Shown: positions 1 to 9,762, counted from the stretch's first letter. The stretch is 64,000 nucleotides of DNA from Verrucomicrobiota bacterium (GCA_045046875.1 JASFYY010000002.1:1-64000), one strand, 5' to 3'. Translations and numbers: made by a program. The notes: generated by a model not told the origin, from the sequence alone.

Positions 1-61
1 GGTTTTTAGAAGAGGGTTGATTGCGATGCTTTAAAACGCTATCACAGTTGATTCTAAGATC

Positions 62-1978
62 ATGAGTTCCGATTACCGCACTTCCCCCAAAGCCACAACC
101 GGCATGCCGACAGGCATACCTCACATCATCGGCAACGAGGCAGCAGAGCGTTTTAGTTTTTATGGGATGCGAACTATCCTCACTATTTTTATGGTGAACT
201 ACCTTTGGTTGATGGGAGACACACCAGGCAATCGGATGAGCGATGTGGAAGCTACAGAGAAATTTCATCACTTTGTTTCCTTGGTATATTTAACACCTTT
301 GCTCGGCGCCTTGCTTGCAGATGTGTTTTTTGGAAAGTACCGAGTCATTGTTGTTCTGTCGATTGTATATTGTCTGGGACATGCATCTCTCGCGCTGATG
401 GGAATGGCGGGTGAAGCTACCATGTGGCTGGCTATGGGATTGTGGTTGATCGCACTGGGATCAGGCGGGATCAAGCCCTGCGTTTCTGCTCATGTGGGAG
501 ATCAGTTTGGCAGTCAAAATCGCCATCTTGTGCCGCAGATTTTTAATTGGTTTTATTGGTCAATCAACTTGGGCGCATTTCTCTCGACTTTATTAACGCC
601 TTGGCTGCTTGAATGGTATGGACCGCATTGGGCTTTTGGGGTTCCCGGTGTGTTGATGGCACTTGCCACGATATTGTTTTGGGTAGGACGTTGGAAATTC
701 GTTCATATACCCGCCAAGGGTGTTCATTTTATTAGGGAACTGTTCACTTGGGCTAGCATAAAAGCTATCCTCAAACTTTGCACTATCTATGCCTTTGTGG
801 CGGTATTCTGGTCACTCTTTGACCAAAGCGGATCTTCCTGGGTGCTGCAGGCGGAAAACATGGATCGCCAATTTTTGGGGATCGTGTGGTTGCCGAGTCA
901 GATCCAAGCCCTTAATCCGATTCTGATACTTACCTTTATTCCTTTGTTTTCTTATGTCGTTTATCCCTTGATCGATAAAGTTTTCCCTTTAACGGCTTTG
1001 AGAAAAATCAGCATTGGACTGTTTTTGATGGTTATATCATTTGCCTTGGTTTCTATCGCGCAGGAGAAAATAGATGCTGGAGGCAGCCCCTCGATCTCTT
1101 GGCAATTAATTGCTTTTGTTGCCCTCACCGCTTCGGAGATAATGGTTTCTATTGTGTGTCTCGAATTCAGTTATACTCAGGCACCCAAATCGATGAAGTC
1201 GCTCGTCATGGCACTTTTTTTGTTTGCCGTATCACTTGGCAATATTGTGACTGCGCAGATAAATCATTTTATTCAAGTGCCGAGCCCTATTGCGGGCATT
1301 GAGGTGAAAGCTGGGCATGTGAAACTGAAGGGCTTTGATCAAGTAATAGGTAGCGTTGATGATATTAGGCTTAGCTATAACGAGCAATCAGAATTGGTTC
1401 AAATCGATTTTGCAGATAAGGCGTCTTTGGATGTTTTGCTTGATGAATTTGATCAAGCGGTGACAACGAATAGTTTTCAGCTTCTTGCAAAGAAGGTAGG
1501 TGAAAAACTATGTTCGACTGTCAAAGATCCGTGGGGCAATGTTTATCAGTACCGCATTGTGAATCGCAATGTTGCGCGGATCTGGAGCTTGGGGCCCGAT
1601 GGCAAAACAAAAACTAAATGGGATCAAGGTGCTATGATAAGCGTGAAGCGTTCGCAGAACCTGGCGGAGTCGGGATTATCAAAATTTATGGAAAAATTTC
1701 GCCCGAAACGCTCCTGGTTAGAAAGACGTAAAGAGGAACTAGGAATTAGCGGCAAAGATAAAAATTCTTCTAAAACGACAATTTCGCGCGAATATTTTGT
1801 CGGGGGACAGGTCAAATTGGAGGGAGCGCATTATTTTTGGTTTTTTACTGGATTGATGTTTGCAGCAGCGGTGCTTTTTGTAGGGGTTGCAGTATTATAC
1901 AAACCTCGGGAATATTATCATGATGAAAGCGATGATTCAGAAGTCAGCGATGCAGAAGCACTCTCTGAAGGACATTGA
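62..1978 (+). CDS. POT/PTR family proton-dependent oligopeptide transporter with a large soluble insertion before the last TM helix
   Basis: ExxERFSFYG motif (NEAAERFSFYGMR), GSGGIKP, FYWSINLG, EFSYTQAPKSMKS; ~180-aa hydrophilic insert near the C-terminus. Confidence 0.92.
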   Translation: MSSDYRTSPKATTGMPTGIPHIIGNEAAERFSFYGMRTILTIFMVNYLWLMGDTPGNRMSDVEATEKFHHFVSLVYLTPLLGALLADVFFGKYRVIVVLSIVYCLGHASLALMGMAGEATMWLAMGLWLIALGSGGIKPCVSAHVGDQFGSQNRHLVPQIFNWFYWSINLGAFLSTLLTPWLLEWYGPHWAFGVPGVLMALATILFWVGRWKFVHIPAKGVHFIRELFTWASIKAILKLCTIYAFVAVFWSLFDQSGSSWVLQAENMDRQFLGIVWLPSQIQALNPILILTFIPLFSYVVYPLIDKVFPLTALRKISIGLFLMVISFALVSIAQEKIDAGGSPSISWQLIAFVALTASEIMVSIVCLEFSYTQAPKSMKSLVMALFLFAVSLGNIVTAQINHFIQVPSPIAGIEVKAGHVKLKGFDQVIGSVDDIRLSYNEQSELVQIDFADKASLDVLLDEFDQAVTTNSFQLLAKKVGEKLCSTVKDPWGNVYQYRIVNRNVARIWSLGPDGKTKTKWDQGAMISVKRSQNLAESGLSKFMEKFRPKRSWLERRKEELGISGKDKNSSKTTISREYFVGGQVKLEGAHYFWFFTGLMFAAAVLFVGVAVLYKPREYYHDESDDSEVSDAEALSEGH

Positions 1979-1997
1979 CCTTTGACCTAATTTATCT

Positions 1998-2390
1998 ATG
2001 ACAGAAACTCCTATAGGCATAGCCTTGATCCTCTGTGATTCAATTATCACGGATGCTAAGACTGGAAAAAACTCCTTGATTGGATTGTTCAACAACATCA
2101 ATTGCACCACCTTGCCGTCGGTGCATGCGAGGTTCTGCGTATTTGCTCAATTGACTAATGGTCGAGGTAAACAGGTTATTGATGTGCGCTGTCAATCCTT
2201 GCAAGACGACGAAGTCGTTTTCCAAACTGGCGGCGAAGTTGATTTTGTCAATCCCAACCAAGTGATCGAAATTCAATTTGAGCTGATGAATCTGACTTTT
2301 CCCTATGAGGGCATGTACACGGTTGAGCTTGAAGCGGAAGGATTGCTGCTGATCGAATCGCGTTTTAATGTCTCCTTGATCCAGCAATAG
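1998..2390 (+). CDS. Conserved hypothetical protein (DUF6941-like small beta-sandwich)
   Basis: LILCD..I.D..TGK.SLIGLF N-terminus and FP.EG.Y.VEL C-terminus pattern; 19 bp downstream of the POT gene. Confidence 0.7.
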   Translation: MTETPIGIALILCDSIITDAKTGKNSLIGLFNNINCTTLPSVHARFCVFAQLTNGRGKQVIDVRCQSLQDDEVVFQTGGEVDFVNPNQVIEIQFELMNLTFPYEGMYTVELEAEGLLLIESRFNVSLIQQ

Positions 2391-2488
2391 CAAAACCTTA
2401 TACAGCCATTCCGTGAAGTTGAAAATACGCTATACGACGACGAGGGTTGAAATTCGTGAGTCTCAGTAAACATCAAACCAATAACCCT

Positions 2489-3850
2489 ATGAAAAACCAT
2501 AAATTAACTTATATCCTAACTTGTTGTTACGTTGTTTTTTTGTTTTCTGCTTCTCTGGCAAAATCAGCGGACAAAATAGCCGCATTAAAATTGCCCGAGG
2601 TGACAGCATCCTCACAGCCGCCCTACTACAGCACAACTTACCAGCAGCCGGATGAGCCCAAAGAAGGGCAACTTCAGATTGGAGTGACTTATACCCTGTG
2701 GATACCCGAGGGCTTGAAAAAAGTGCGCGGTATCATTGTGCATCAGCACGGTTGTGGTTCGGGTTCTTGCACCGGTAGTGTCACCGCCGCACACGATCTC
2801 CACTGGCAGGAGTTGGCACGCAAAAATGGCTGTGCTTTGCTTGGACCCAGTTTTCACCAAGCCAAACAGCAAAACTGTCGTTTGTGGTGTGACCCCCGTA
2901 ATGGTTCAGCACAGGTATTTGTCGATTCACTCGCAAAGCTTGCGAAAAAATCAGGGCATCCAGAAGTGGCCACAGCTCCCTGGTGCTTGTGGGGGCATTC
3001 AGGCGGGGGATTTTGGGCTAGTCTGATGCAAATGGCTTACCCGGAGCGGATCGTTGCGATCTGGTTTCAGTCAGGCACTGCATTTGGGTATTGGAAGGTC
3101 GGTGATATCGAAGTGCCGAAAATTCCAGCGGCAGCGATGAAAATTCCGATGATTGCCAATCCTGGTGAAAAAGAGCGGGAGGGCAAACCTGCTAAAGGCG
3201 CTTGGGGCGGTAGCTTGGATATGTTCAAGGCCTACAGAGCCAAAGGCGCGCCGATAGCATTCGCGCCGGATCCGGCGTCAGGCCATGAAACCCGGGACTC
3301 CCGCTATTTGGCAATTCCTTTTTTTGATGCTTGTCTGACTTTGCGGCTACCAGATAAGGATGGTGATACGCTCAAGGAGATATCCATGGGCAAAGGTTGG
3401 CTCGCCCCATTGCAGAGCACTGAGATGCCCCAGTTGGCTACGGAATATAAAGGCGATATCAACCAGGCTGTGTGGTTGCCAAGCGAAAAGGTGGCTCAGG
3501 TGTGGCAACAGTTTGTGAAAACGGGGGGAGTGAATGACAATACTCCACCTCCGTCACCGACGGCTATCAAAGTGGATCGGAGTAGTGGTACGATCACGTG
3601 GCAAGCGGCGATTGACTTTGAAAGCGGATTACAGGCTTTCATCATTGAGCGTGACGGTAAAGAGATCGCGCGTTTGCCAGAGAAGGAAAACAAGCGTTTT
3701 GGCCGCTCTTTATATCAGGGAATGAGCTATGGTGATACCCCGGTGCTTCCCCTGATCAAATTTGAATTTATCGACGCAACCGCCAAAAAAGGAAAACAAC
3801 ATCAGTACCGCGTGATCGCTGTGAATACCCTCGGTTTAAAATCGCAGTAA
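2489..3850 (+). CDS. Secreted alpha/beta-hydrolase-fold protein with C-terminal FN3-like domain
   Basis: Signal peptide (MKNHKL...ASLA), nucleophile elbow WGHSGGG, C-terminal YRVIAVNTLG; start taken at ATG 2489 rather than TTG 2447. Confidence 0.75.
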   Translation: MKNHKLTYILTCCYVVFLFSASLAKSADKIAALKLPEVTASSQPPYYSTTYQQPDEPKEGQLQIGVTYTLWIPEGLKKVRGIIVHQHGCGSGSCTGSVTAAHDLHWQELARKNGCALLGPSFHQAKQQNCRLWCDPRNGSAQVFVDSLAKLAKKSGHPEVATAPWCLWGHSGGGFWASLMQMAYPERIVAIWFQSGTAFGYWKVGDIEVPKIPAAAMKIPMIANPGEKEREGKPAKGAWGGSLDMFKAYRAKGAPIAFAPDPASGHETRDSRYLAIPFFDACLTLRLPDKDGDTLKEISMGKGWLAPLQSTEMPQLATEYKGDINQAVWLPSEKVAQVWQQFVKTGGVNDNTPPPSPTAIKVDRSSGTITWQAAIDFESGLQAFIIERDGKEIARLPEKENKRFGRSLYQGMSYGDTPVLPLIKFEFIDATAKKGKQHQYRVIAVNTLGLKSQ

Positions 3851-3856
3851 TATATA

Positions 3857-4111
3857 ATGAGTGATTTGCAGTCTCCCAAATGGATTTATCTGAAGGGTGC
3901 GCTATTCCTTGTCATCATACTTGCATCCACATCTTTAATTTTTTGTGAATCGCAAAAGTGGTCCACCTTATTTCTACTGCTGCTGCTAATTTGGTCCTCT
4001 GCCAGGTTGTATTATTTCATGTTTTATGTGATCGAAAAATACATTGATCCCAGTTTTAAATTTTCTGGGATCATGTCTTTTGTTAGATATCTAATACGCC
4101 GAAAAAATTAA
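3857..4111 (+). CDS. Small membrane protein of unknown function
   Basis: Two hydrophobic helices followed by ARLYYFMFYVIEKYIDP; 6 bp after the upstream gene. Confidence 0.7.
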   Translation: MSDLQSPKWIYLKGALFLVIILASTSLIFCESQKWSTLFLLLLLIWSSARLYYFMFYVIEKYIDPSFKFSGIMSFVRYLIRRKN

Positions 4112-4232
4112 ACCTGAACGTAACGGCATAAAACACTGACTGCCTTCAATCAGGTTCCAACCCTCAGTGAGAGGCTTACGACTCGAAATTCCTACACCCA
4201 AAACGCGTAGCACTCGTAAGTTATGGCTCTAG

Positions 4233-5240
4233 TCAGATCACCAGAGCTTGAGCGAACTCGCGATTCTGTAAGTACCATTCTACCGCCTGATCAAGTCCGT
4301 CTTCAAGACTCACTTGAGGTTGCCAGTCCAGCAGTTGTTTCGCTTTTGAAATATCCGCCCAGGTGTCTTTCATATCAGCGGCATGAAAAGGTTTGTTTTC
4401 AATCACCGCTTTTTTCCCTAAACGTTTCTCCATACCTTCGATCAGTGTGTTCATCGAAGTCGGTTGATTGCCTCCGCCAAGATTGATCACTTCATAGCCC
4501 AGCGGTTTGGCCGCCAAAATGGTGCCACGCGCGATGTCTTCCACGAAAGTAAAATCCCGTGCCTGACTGCCGTCGCCAAACATCTCGATCGGAGTGCCTT
4601 CATCGATCCAGCGAATAAAACGAAATACCGCCATGTCCGGACGACTGGCCGGACCATAGACAGTAAAATAACGTAATACGGATACATCCAAGTCGAACAA
4701 ATGATGATAGGTAAAAGCCAACACCTCAGCCGCCTTTTTTGAAGCGGCGTAAGGAGACAGAGGTTCATTAACCGGCAGGTCTTCTTTAAACGGCATCGGC
4801 AGCCCTGCATAAAGAGACGATGTCGACGCTATCACCAGCTTCTTCACCTCATTGGCGCGCATCGCTTGGACGATGTTCAGCGAGCCGGTAACATTAGTTG
4901 AAAAATACACATGCGGATCCACCAGGCTGTAGCGCACTCCTGCGCGGGCGGCCAGATTAAATACGCAATCAAATTGATTGTCCGCAAACACCTGGTTCAC
5001 CAGGGTTTCATCTTCTATACTGCCCTCAATGAGTTGTAATTTTTTCTGCCCATCAAACTCTTTAACGCGTAAGCGTTTCAAGCGCGTATCATAAGCGTCA
5101 TTAAAGTTGTCGATCGCGACCACTTCTACTCCGGCAGCAATAAGTTGCGCAGTCACGCGCGAGGCGATAAAACCTGCCGCGCCGGTGACAAGTACTTTGC
5201 GCAAGGTGGGTGAATCGTTTTGGATTTGCTGTTCGGACAC
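4233..5240 (-). CDS. NAD-dependent epimerase/dehydratase (UDP-glucuronate 4-epimerase-like)
   Basis: VTGAAGFI, LAARAGVRYS, YAASK (YxxxK), FTVYGP.SRPDMA. Confidence 0.9.
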   Translation of the reverse strand: MSEQQIQNDSPTLRKVLVTGAAGFIASRVTAQLIAAGVEVVAIDNFNDAYDTRLKRLRVKEFDGQKKLQLIEGSIEDETLVNQVFADNQFDCVFNLAARAGVRYSLVDPHVYFSTNVTGSLNIVQAMRANEVKKLVIASTSSLYAGLPMPFKEDLPVNEPLSPYAASKKAAEVLAFTYHHLFDLDVSVLRYFTVYGPASRPDMAVFRFIRWIDEGTPIEMFGDGSQARDFTFVEDIARGTILAAKPLGYEVINLGGGNQPTSMNTLIEGMEKRLGKKAVIENKPFHAADMKDTWADISKAKQLLDWQPQVSLEDGLDQAVEWYLQNREFAQALVI

Positions 5241-5350
5241 AATTAGATTGGATTAAATGATTTATTCAGCTGATTTTCACCTGCTCGCCTCGGTGCAACA
5301 GGAATGCTGAATATGTTGCCAGATGAGTTCCAGTCAACTTTTTGGGAACA

Positions 5351-5389
5351 AAAGAAAAAGGCCTCCCGGATCTCTCCAGAAGGCCTTTT
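5351..5389 (-). terminator. Rho-independent terminator after the 5411-6238 gene
   Basis: Minus-strand stem AAAAGGCCTTCTGGA/TCCGGGAGGCCTTTT followed by a U-tract. Confidence 0.8.
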
Positions 5390-5410
5390 GAAGTTTAAAA
5401 GAGCTTCAAT

Positions 5411-6238
5411 TTAGAAACTCACTGCAAAACTAACGCCGTAGAATACTTCTTCGTCGCCGATAGAAGCAGCGTTGCCTTTACTACGTGCGTCGCCCGAGAA
5501 GTTAGCGCTCACGTGGGGGCGTAAAACCGAGTTTTCCGTCACTTTGATAGGCAATCCCACGCTCACTAAAATGTGAGTGAAAGCATTAGCATCATCACCG
5601 GAAAGAGCTTCTGAATAATAATCGTTAAGGCCATAACCCACAGCAAATGCAGTGTCGAGGCTAACTATATCACATAATTCCCAGCTTTTCCCCAAGCCAG
5701 CTTCCAAGTACTCAGCATGAATGCGGAAATCGTACGCTGCTAGAAACGTACCCGTAATTCCGTAGAAAAGCTCACGGCTGTAGCTGATATAAATCTCGGT
5801 TGTGTCTCTCTGACCTGCAGGCCCGGTTTGATTATCACCAGCAAAGCCATCAAAGAAGCGGTAATAAGTCATGCCCAAACCAAAAGTACCAACATTGCTT
5901 TCATACGAAAGCGCGGTACCAAGGTTACCTTCAGAATAGTCCAGATCATTATCCATGACGTCGGTATAAAAGACATTAGCCGACCAGGTCAATTTAGACG
6001 TGATTTCTTTGGCCACAGCAAGGTTGCCCCAAGCTGTATTGTCTCCGAACCAGAGTCCGCGGAAGATGTAACGTGTATCATATCCAACGGAAAGCTCGCC
6101 TGAGAATGTGCTTTCAGCTTCTTCTACAACAGCTTTTGGGTCAACTGCAGGCGCTGTATCGCCGGCAGTTGCCGTAGTATTTGCGCCCGCAATGGCAAAC
6201 GCTCCGATAGTAGTGATCAATAATGTTTTTAGTTTCAT
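5411..6238 (-). CDS. Outer-membrane beta-barrel protein, TorF/TIGR02001-like putative porin (paralog 1)
   Basis: Signal peptide, Y.FRG motif (TRYIFRG), amphipathic strands, C-terminal Phe (GVSFAVSF). Confidence 0.75.
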   Translation of the reverse strand: MKLKTLLITTIGAFAIAGANTTATAGDTAPAVDPKAVVEEAESTFSGELSVGYDTRYIFRGLWFGDNTAWGNLAVAKEITSKLTWSANVFYTDVMDNDLDYSEGNLGTALSYESNVGTFGLGMTYYRFFDGFAGDNQTGPAGQRDTTEIYISYSRELFYGITGTFLAAYDFRIHAEYLEAGLGKSWELCDIVSLDTAFAVGYGLNDYYSEALSGDDANAFTHILVSVGLPIKVTENSVLRPHVSANFSGDARSKGNAASIGDEEVFYGVSFAVSF

Positions 6239-6317
6239 GGTAATGGATTTATCTTCCTAATAGGTGTTTAACTTTTCTTTAACAATCGGTCAAGAGCAGT
6301 TTACGATATTGTCATAA

Positions 6318-6333
6318 AGCACTTGTTATGCCA
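6318..6333 (-). promoter_or_regulatory. Putative sigma-54 promoter of porin paralog 1
   Basis: Minus strand TGGCAT-AACAA-GTGCT versus consensus TGGCAC-N5-TTGCW, with correct GG/GC spacing, ~80 bp upstream of the ATG. Confidence 0.6.
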
Positions 6334-6410
6334 AATTTCATAATTTTTAATGAAATTATTTGCCTGTAAGCAAGTGCCTGCTCTAATCCCCTCGCTTGGT
6401 GAAGTCAACA

Positions 6411-6444
6411 AAAAAGCCTTCCAGCTTTCACTGGAAGGCTTTTT
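6411..6444. terminator. Rho-independent terminator between the two porin paralogs
   Basis: Perfect inverted repeat AAAAAGCCTTCCAG-CTTTCA-CTGGAAGGCTTTTT. Confidence 0.85.
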
Positions 6445-6466
6445 AAAGTTAAGCTTAAAAGTAAGC

Positions 6467-7219
6467 TTAGAATGTTACTCTCAGGCTGATTCCACCAAAG
6501 ATTTGGTCGTCCTGATAATTGTTGATAGCATCAAGAGCAAAGTTCCCTGCAACGTAAGGTCGCAAGGTTGCTGAGTCTGTCAGTGCGATTGGCAATGCAG
6601 CTACAAGCAAGATGCTGTTGAAATCTCCACCTGCGCTGAAATAATCAACTTGGTATGAGATACCTGCAGACAAGTCCAGGCTCACCATATCACTGATTTG
6701 GAAAGAATGTCCAGCAGTGATGTCAAAGTAGAAACCTTCGATGTTGAAGTCATAGTAACCAGCAATTGCCAAGTCAATAGGACCTGCAGCCATTCCGACT
6801 CCGGTTCCAATTTCGTTAGTAGAACTGTTGCCCAAACGACCACCACCTGTTTCAGGGAAAAGATAAGCGGTGTATCCCAACCACGCATCAATTGATCCAA
6901 AAGAGTGACTCACGGTAGCATACAAGTCCAGCTCATCCGTATGCAGCTGGTTTTGTCCGCGTCCGCTTGTTGGGTTGCCGTACCATGCTCCGATCGCCAA
7001 TGGTGTGCCTTCAATGGCGTAGTCAATTTGTGCAGTGACTTGATTGTCGCCGTAGTTAACACCTCTGAAGATGTAGCTGGTGTTGTATCCAACTGCAACT
7101 GATGCGTTATCTTCTTCAACAACGATCACCTCTTCGATGACTGCTTTGTCTCCTGCGTTGGCATTCACTAGTGTGAAGGCCCCGATAGCTGTAATGATTA
7201 GAGTTTTGATTTTCATCAA
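6467..7219 (-). CDS. Outer-membrane beta-barrel protein, TorF/TIGR02001-like putative porin (paralog 2)
   Basis: Signal peptide nearly identical to paralog 1 (MK.KTL.IT.IGAF), TSYIFRG, C-terminal Phe. Confidence 0.75.
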   Translation of the reverse strand: MMKIKTLIITAIGAFTLVNANAGDKAVIEEVIVVEEDNASVAVGYNTSYIFRGVNYGDNQVTAQIDYAIEGTPLAIGAWYGNPTSGRGQNQLHTDELDLYATVSHSFGSIDAWLGYTAYLFPETGGGRLGNSSTNEIGTGVGMAAGPIDLAIAGYYDFNIEGFYFDITAGHSFQISDMVSLDLSAGISYQVDYFSAGGDFNSILLVAALPIALTDSATLRPYVAGNFALDAINNYQDDQIFGGISLRVTF

Positions 7220-7340
7220 TTGTTTTCTCCTTAGTTAGTTTTTAATGTTTTGGTAATGGTTAGGCACCTCTTTTATAAACTAAAAGGAGCGCAGTACGTG
7301 ACCTTAAGTGCATTCTAGCTAGTTAGTCAAATTAAAAATG

Positions 7341-7373
7341 AAGTATTTTAAATTTCCATAATTTAAAATACTT
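7341..7373. promoter_or_regulatory. Perfect 13-bp inverted repeat, candidate operator upstream of porin paralog 2
   Basis: AAGTATTTTAAAT-ttccata-ATTTAAAATACTT, just upstream of a minus-strand TTGACT -35-like hexamer at 7325-7330. Confidence 0.45.
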
Positions 7374-7516
7374 TCTACTTTTAGTAAATTTTCTGGATAT
7401 CCCACGCCTGCATCCGGTACCCAAACAAACAAAGTGGCGGTAGGATCACTACCTTGTACAATTTGAAAAGCCGTGAAGGCATCATCGATTGAGAATATTA
7501 AGAACCGTGATCTGCT

Positions 7517-7753
7517 TTAAAGCAAATCTTCGCTTAGAACAGTCTGTTGCTCTGTCTTGGAAAGAGCTTTGGCCTGTTTTACGACCAATTCACGATCAGC
7601 CTCAAAGTGATAGGCATGGCAATTGGGACACAAGTGAACTTTGGCCGCAACGATAGAATCACATCCGCAGCACACCTTGTATTGCGCCGGGTTACGGACA
7701 ATTCGGCGAGCGCGTTTAGCTCTTTCTATCAATGTAGGATCTTCCTGTTCCAT
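7517..7753 (-). CDS. Small zinc-ribbon-like hypothetical protein
   Basis: CCGC...CPNC cysteine pairs; likely start MEQED at 7753. Confidence 0.7.
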   Translation of the reverse strand: MEQEDPTLIERAKRARRIVRNPAQYKVCCGCDSIVAAKVHLCPNCHAYHFEADRELVVKQAKALSKTEQQTVLSEDLL

Positions 7754-7885
7754 ACAGAAAAGAAATCTATCAAAAAGTGCCGATTGCCGCAAGAACGAAA
7801 AATGGCTGTGGTCATTTTCTCCTGTCAGAGTTGAGAATCTACCTGGTTTTTGATTCAAACTTCCTCAAAAGCCCTGCTTGGACAC

Positions 7886-7915
7886 AAAAAAAGAGACTTC
7901 TAATAGAAGTCTCTT
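7886..7915 (-). terminator. rpsT terminator
   Basis: AAGAGACTTCT-AAT-AGAAGTCTCTT stem with a minus-strand U-tract. Confidence 0.8.
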
Positions 7916-7978
7916 ACGAAAGGCTGTTTTCACGCAGCCTTGAAAGTCAGCTTTATTTGAAGCCGCTAGCAACTGAGC

Positions 7979-8242
7979 TTAAGCCAGCGTGCTGACTTGT
8001 TTGTGCAATTTGCTTTTGCTTCTGGCTGCCGCGTTAGGATGGAGCACATTGGTTTTTGCTGCTTTATCTACCGTAGAGTTAAAGGCATTCAGGGTAGCAG
8101 TGGCTACACTTTTATCACCCGCTTCAACAGCATCCTGCACTTGTTTACGAATGGTTTTTACTTTCGTTTTTAGTGCGCGGTTACGTTCTGTTATGCGTAC
8201 TGATTGACGAGCACGTTTTGCAGCTGATGCGATATTGGCCAT
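7979..8242 (-). CDS. rpsT: 30S ribosomal protein S20
   Basis: MANIASAAKRARQ...DKAAK..VLHPNAAARSKSKL. Confidence 0.97.
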   Translation of the reverse strand: MANIASAAKRARQSVRITERNRALKTKVKTIRKQVQDAVEAGDKSVATATLNAFNSTVDKAAKTNVLHPNAAARSKSKLHKQVSTLA

Positions 8243-8424
8243 AATTCTTTAGGTAAATGCTCACTGCTCCTTTGGCAGCGGGCGGGAAATTAGCGAAAAT
8301 CCAAAGCTTGTCAAGCAGGACTTCATAATTGAAAATGAGCCGTAACTGAATCGCAACCGTAATAAACCGGCAAATTTTAAGGCTTGATCCCAAGGGAAGC
8401 TCTTAGCATAGTCTCAGTCCTGCT

Positions 8425-9360
8425 ATGATAAATACACAAATTTCGCCCCTTCGATCTACTAGCGCACTGCTTGTGACCCTCTTTTTTCTATCGCTTTGCC
8501 CTTCGAGAGCGGAAGACACCAACAAAAAAGCACCTACTACAGAACTTGTTGCCGCCCCAGCCGAAATCAACCCAGACACTAAACGTGGCACCATCGTTCT
8601 AAATGCCGCTAGCGGGAAATATGAAGAAAAAAACCACTTTGCCTATTGGAACTGGGACTTTGAAACGCAGAGGCCCGGTACCTATGAAGTGCGCATCATC
8701 TACACTTCTGTCCGGCTCAAAAAAATGGGTCTGCAATTCCGCCTCGATGACAGCACCGTATTGAAAGCCTATATTTACCGCAGCCGTAAACCCGATGCCG
8801 CCGATGAATATGTGGTCGGTCGTGCCCGGATCCCCGGCAAAGGCAAGCACCACATCACCCTGTTAACCGCTGATAAATCCCAAGCACCTCCCTTTTCCAT
8901 CAAAGGAGTCAAACTGGTTCCAGTTCAAGAAAGCGAAGAACAACTTGGCCAGGGCCTGAATGGAGCCATCGAACTGCATGCCAGGGATGCAATCACCCAT
9001 TCCGAAAAGATGCAGTACGAGCAAAAAGCTGAAAAAGATTGTCTCGGTGTCTGGGTTCATCCGCAGGACTGGGCGGAATGGAATTTTCACATCTCCATGC
9101 CCGGCAAATTCAAAGTTTCCCTGGTGCATGGCTGTGGGGATAAAAGCGGCGGCAGTGAAGTGGCTCTGCTCACCACGGATGACCAGATTTTGAAGTTTAA
9201 TGTGAAAGAAACCGGAGGTTTCCAAAAATGGGAAACCCTGGAACTCGGAACTATCAGCTTTAACGAAGAGGGCTCTCACCGTGTGGCCATCCAGCCTCTG
9301 AGTAAACCCGGAGCAGCGGTAATGGACATCCGCAAGCTGGTTCTCACCCCGGTGAAATAA
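8425..9360 (+). CDS. Secreted protein with two tandem carbohydrate-binding-like beta-sandwich repeats (DUF5077/CBM-like)
   Basis: Signal peptide; repeated W.F....PG.Y/F.V pattern; ETGGFQKW motif. Confidence 0.65.
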   Translation: MINTQISPLRSTSALLVTLFFLSLCPSRAEDTNKKAPTTELVAAPAEINPDTKRGTIVLNAASGKYEEKNHFAYWNWDFETQRPGTYEVRIIYTSVRLKKMGLQFRLDDSTVLKAYIYRSRKPDAADEYVVGRARIPGKGKHHITLLTADKSQAPPFSIKGVKLVPVQESEEQLGQGLNGAIELHARDAITHSEKMQYEQKAEKDCLGVWVHPQDWAEWNFHISMPGKFKVSLVHGCGDKSGGSEVALLTTDDQILKFNVKETGGFQKWETLELGTISFNEEGSHRVAIQPLSKPGAAVMDIRKLVLTPVK

Positions 9361-9381
9361 TGAACTACTCTCATTTTTCCT

Positions 9382-9762
9382 ATGCCAGATAAAATAGAAA
9401 GTGTTGTCGTCCTGGGAGCCAGCAACCATCCGGAGCGCTACTCCAATCAGGCCGTCAAGCTCCTGCTAGAGCACGGCCATCACGTCATTCCGGTGCACCC
9501 TGCCTTAAAACAGATCGAAGAGCTCGATGTGGTGGCAAAGCTTGGAGATATCCCTAAGCAGGAAAAAATCGATACCTTGACGGTTTATGTGTCCGAAGGT
9601 GTGTCTTCTCAACTCAGTGAAGCAATTAGCGATTTAAAACCAGGACGGGTTATTTTTAATCCCGGTGCAGAAAACCCAAGCCTGGCCGCTCGCTTGGAGA
9701 ATCAGGGAATTGCTGTCGAACAAGCTTGCACCCTGGTTTTACTGCGCACCGGGCAATTTTAA
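9382..9762 (+). CDS. CoA-binding protein (YccU-like)
   Basis: VLGASNHPERYSN, RVIFNPGAEN, ACTLVLLRTGQF. Confidence 0.88.
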   Translation: MPDKIESVVVLGASNHPERYSNQAVKLLLEHGHHVIPVHPALKQIEELDVVAKLGDIPKQEKIDTLTVYVSEGVSSQLSEAISDLKPGRVIFNPGAENPSLAARLENQGIAVEQACTLVLLRTGQF

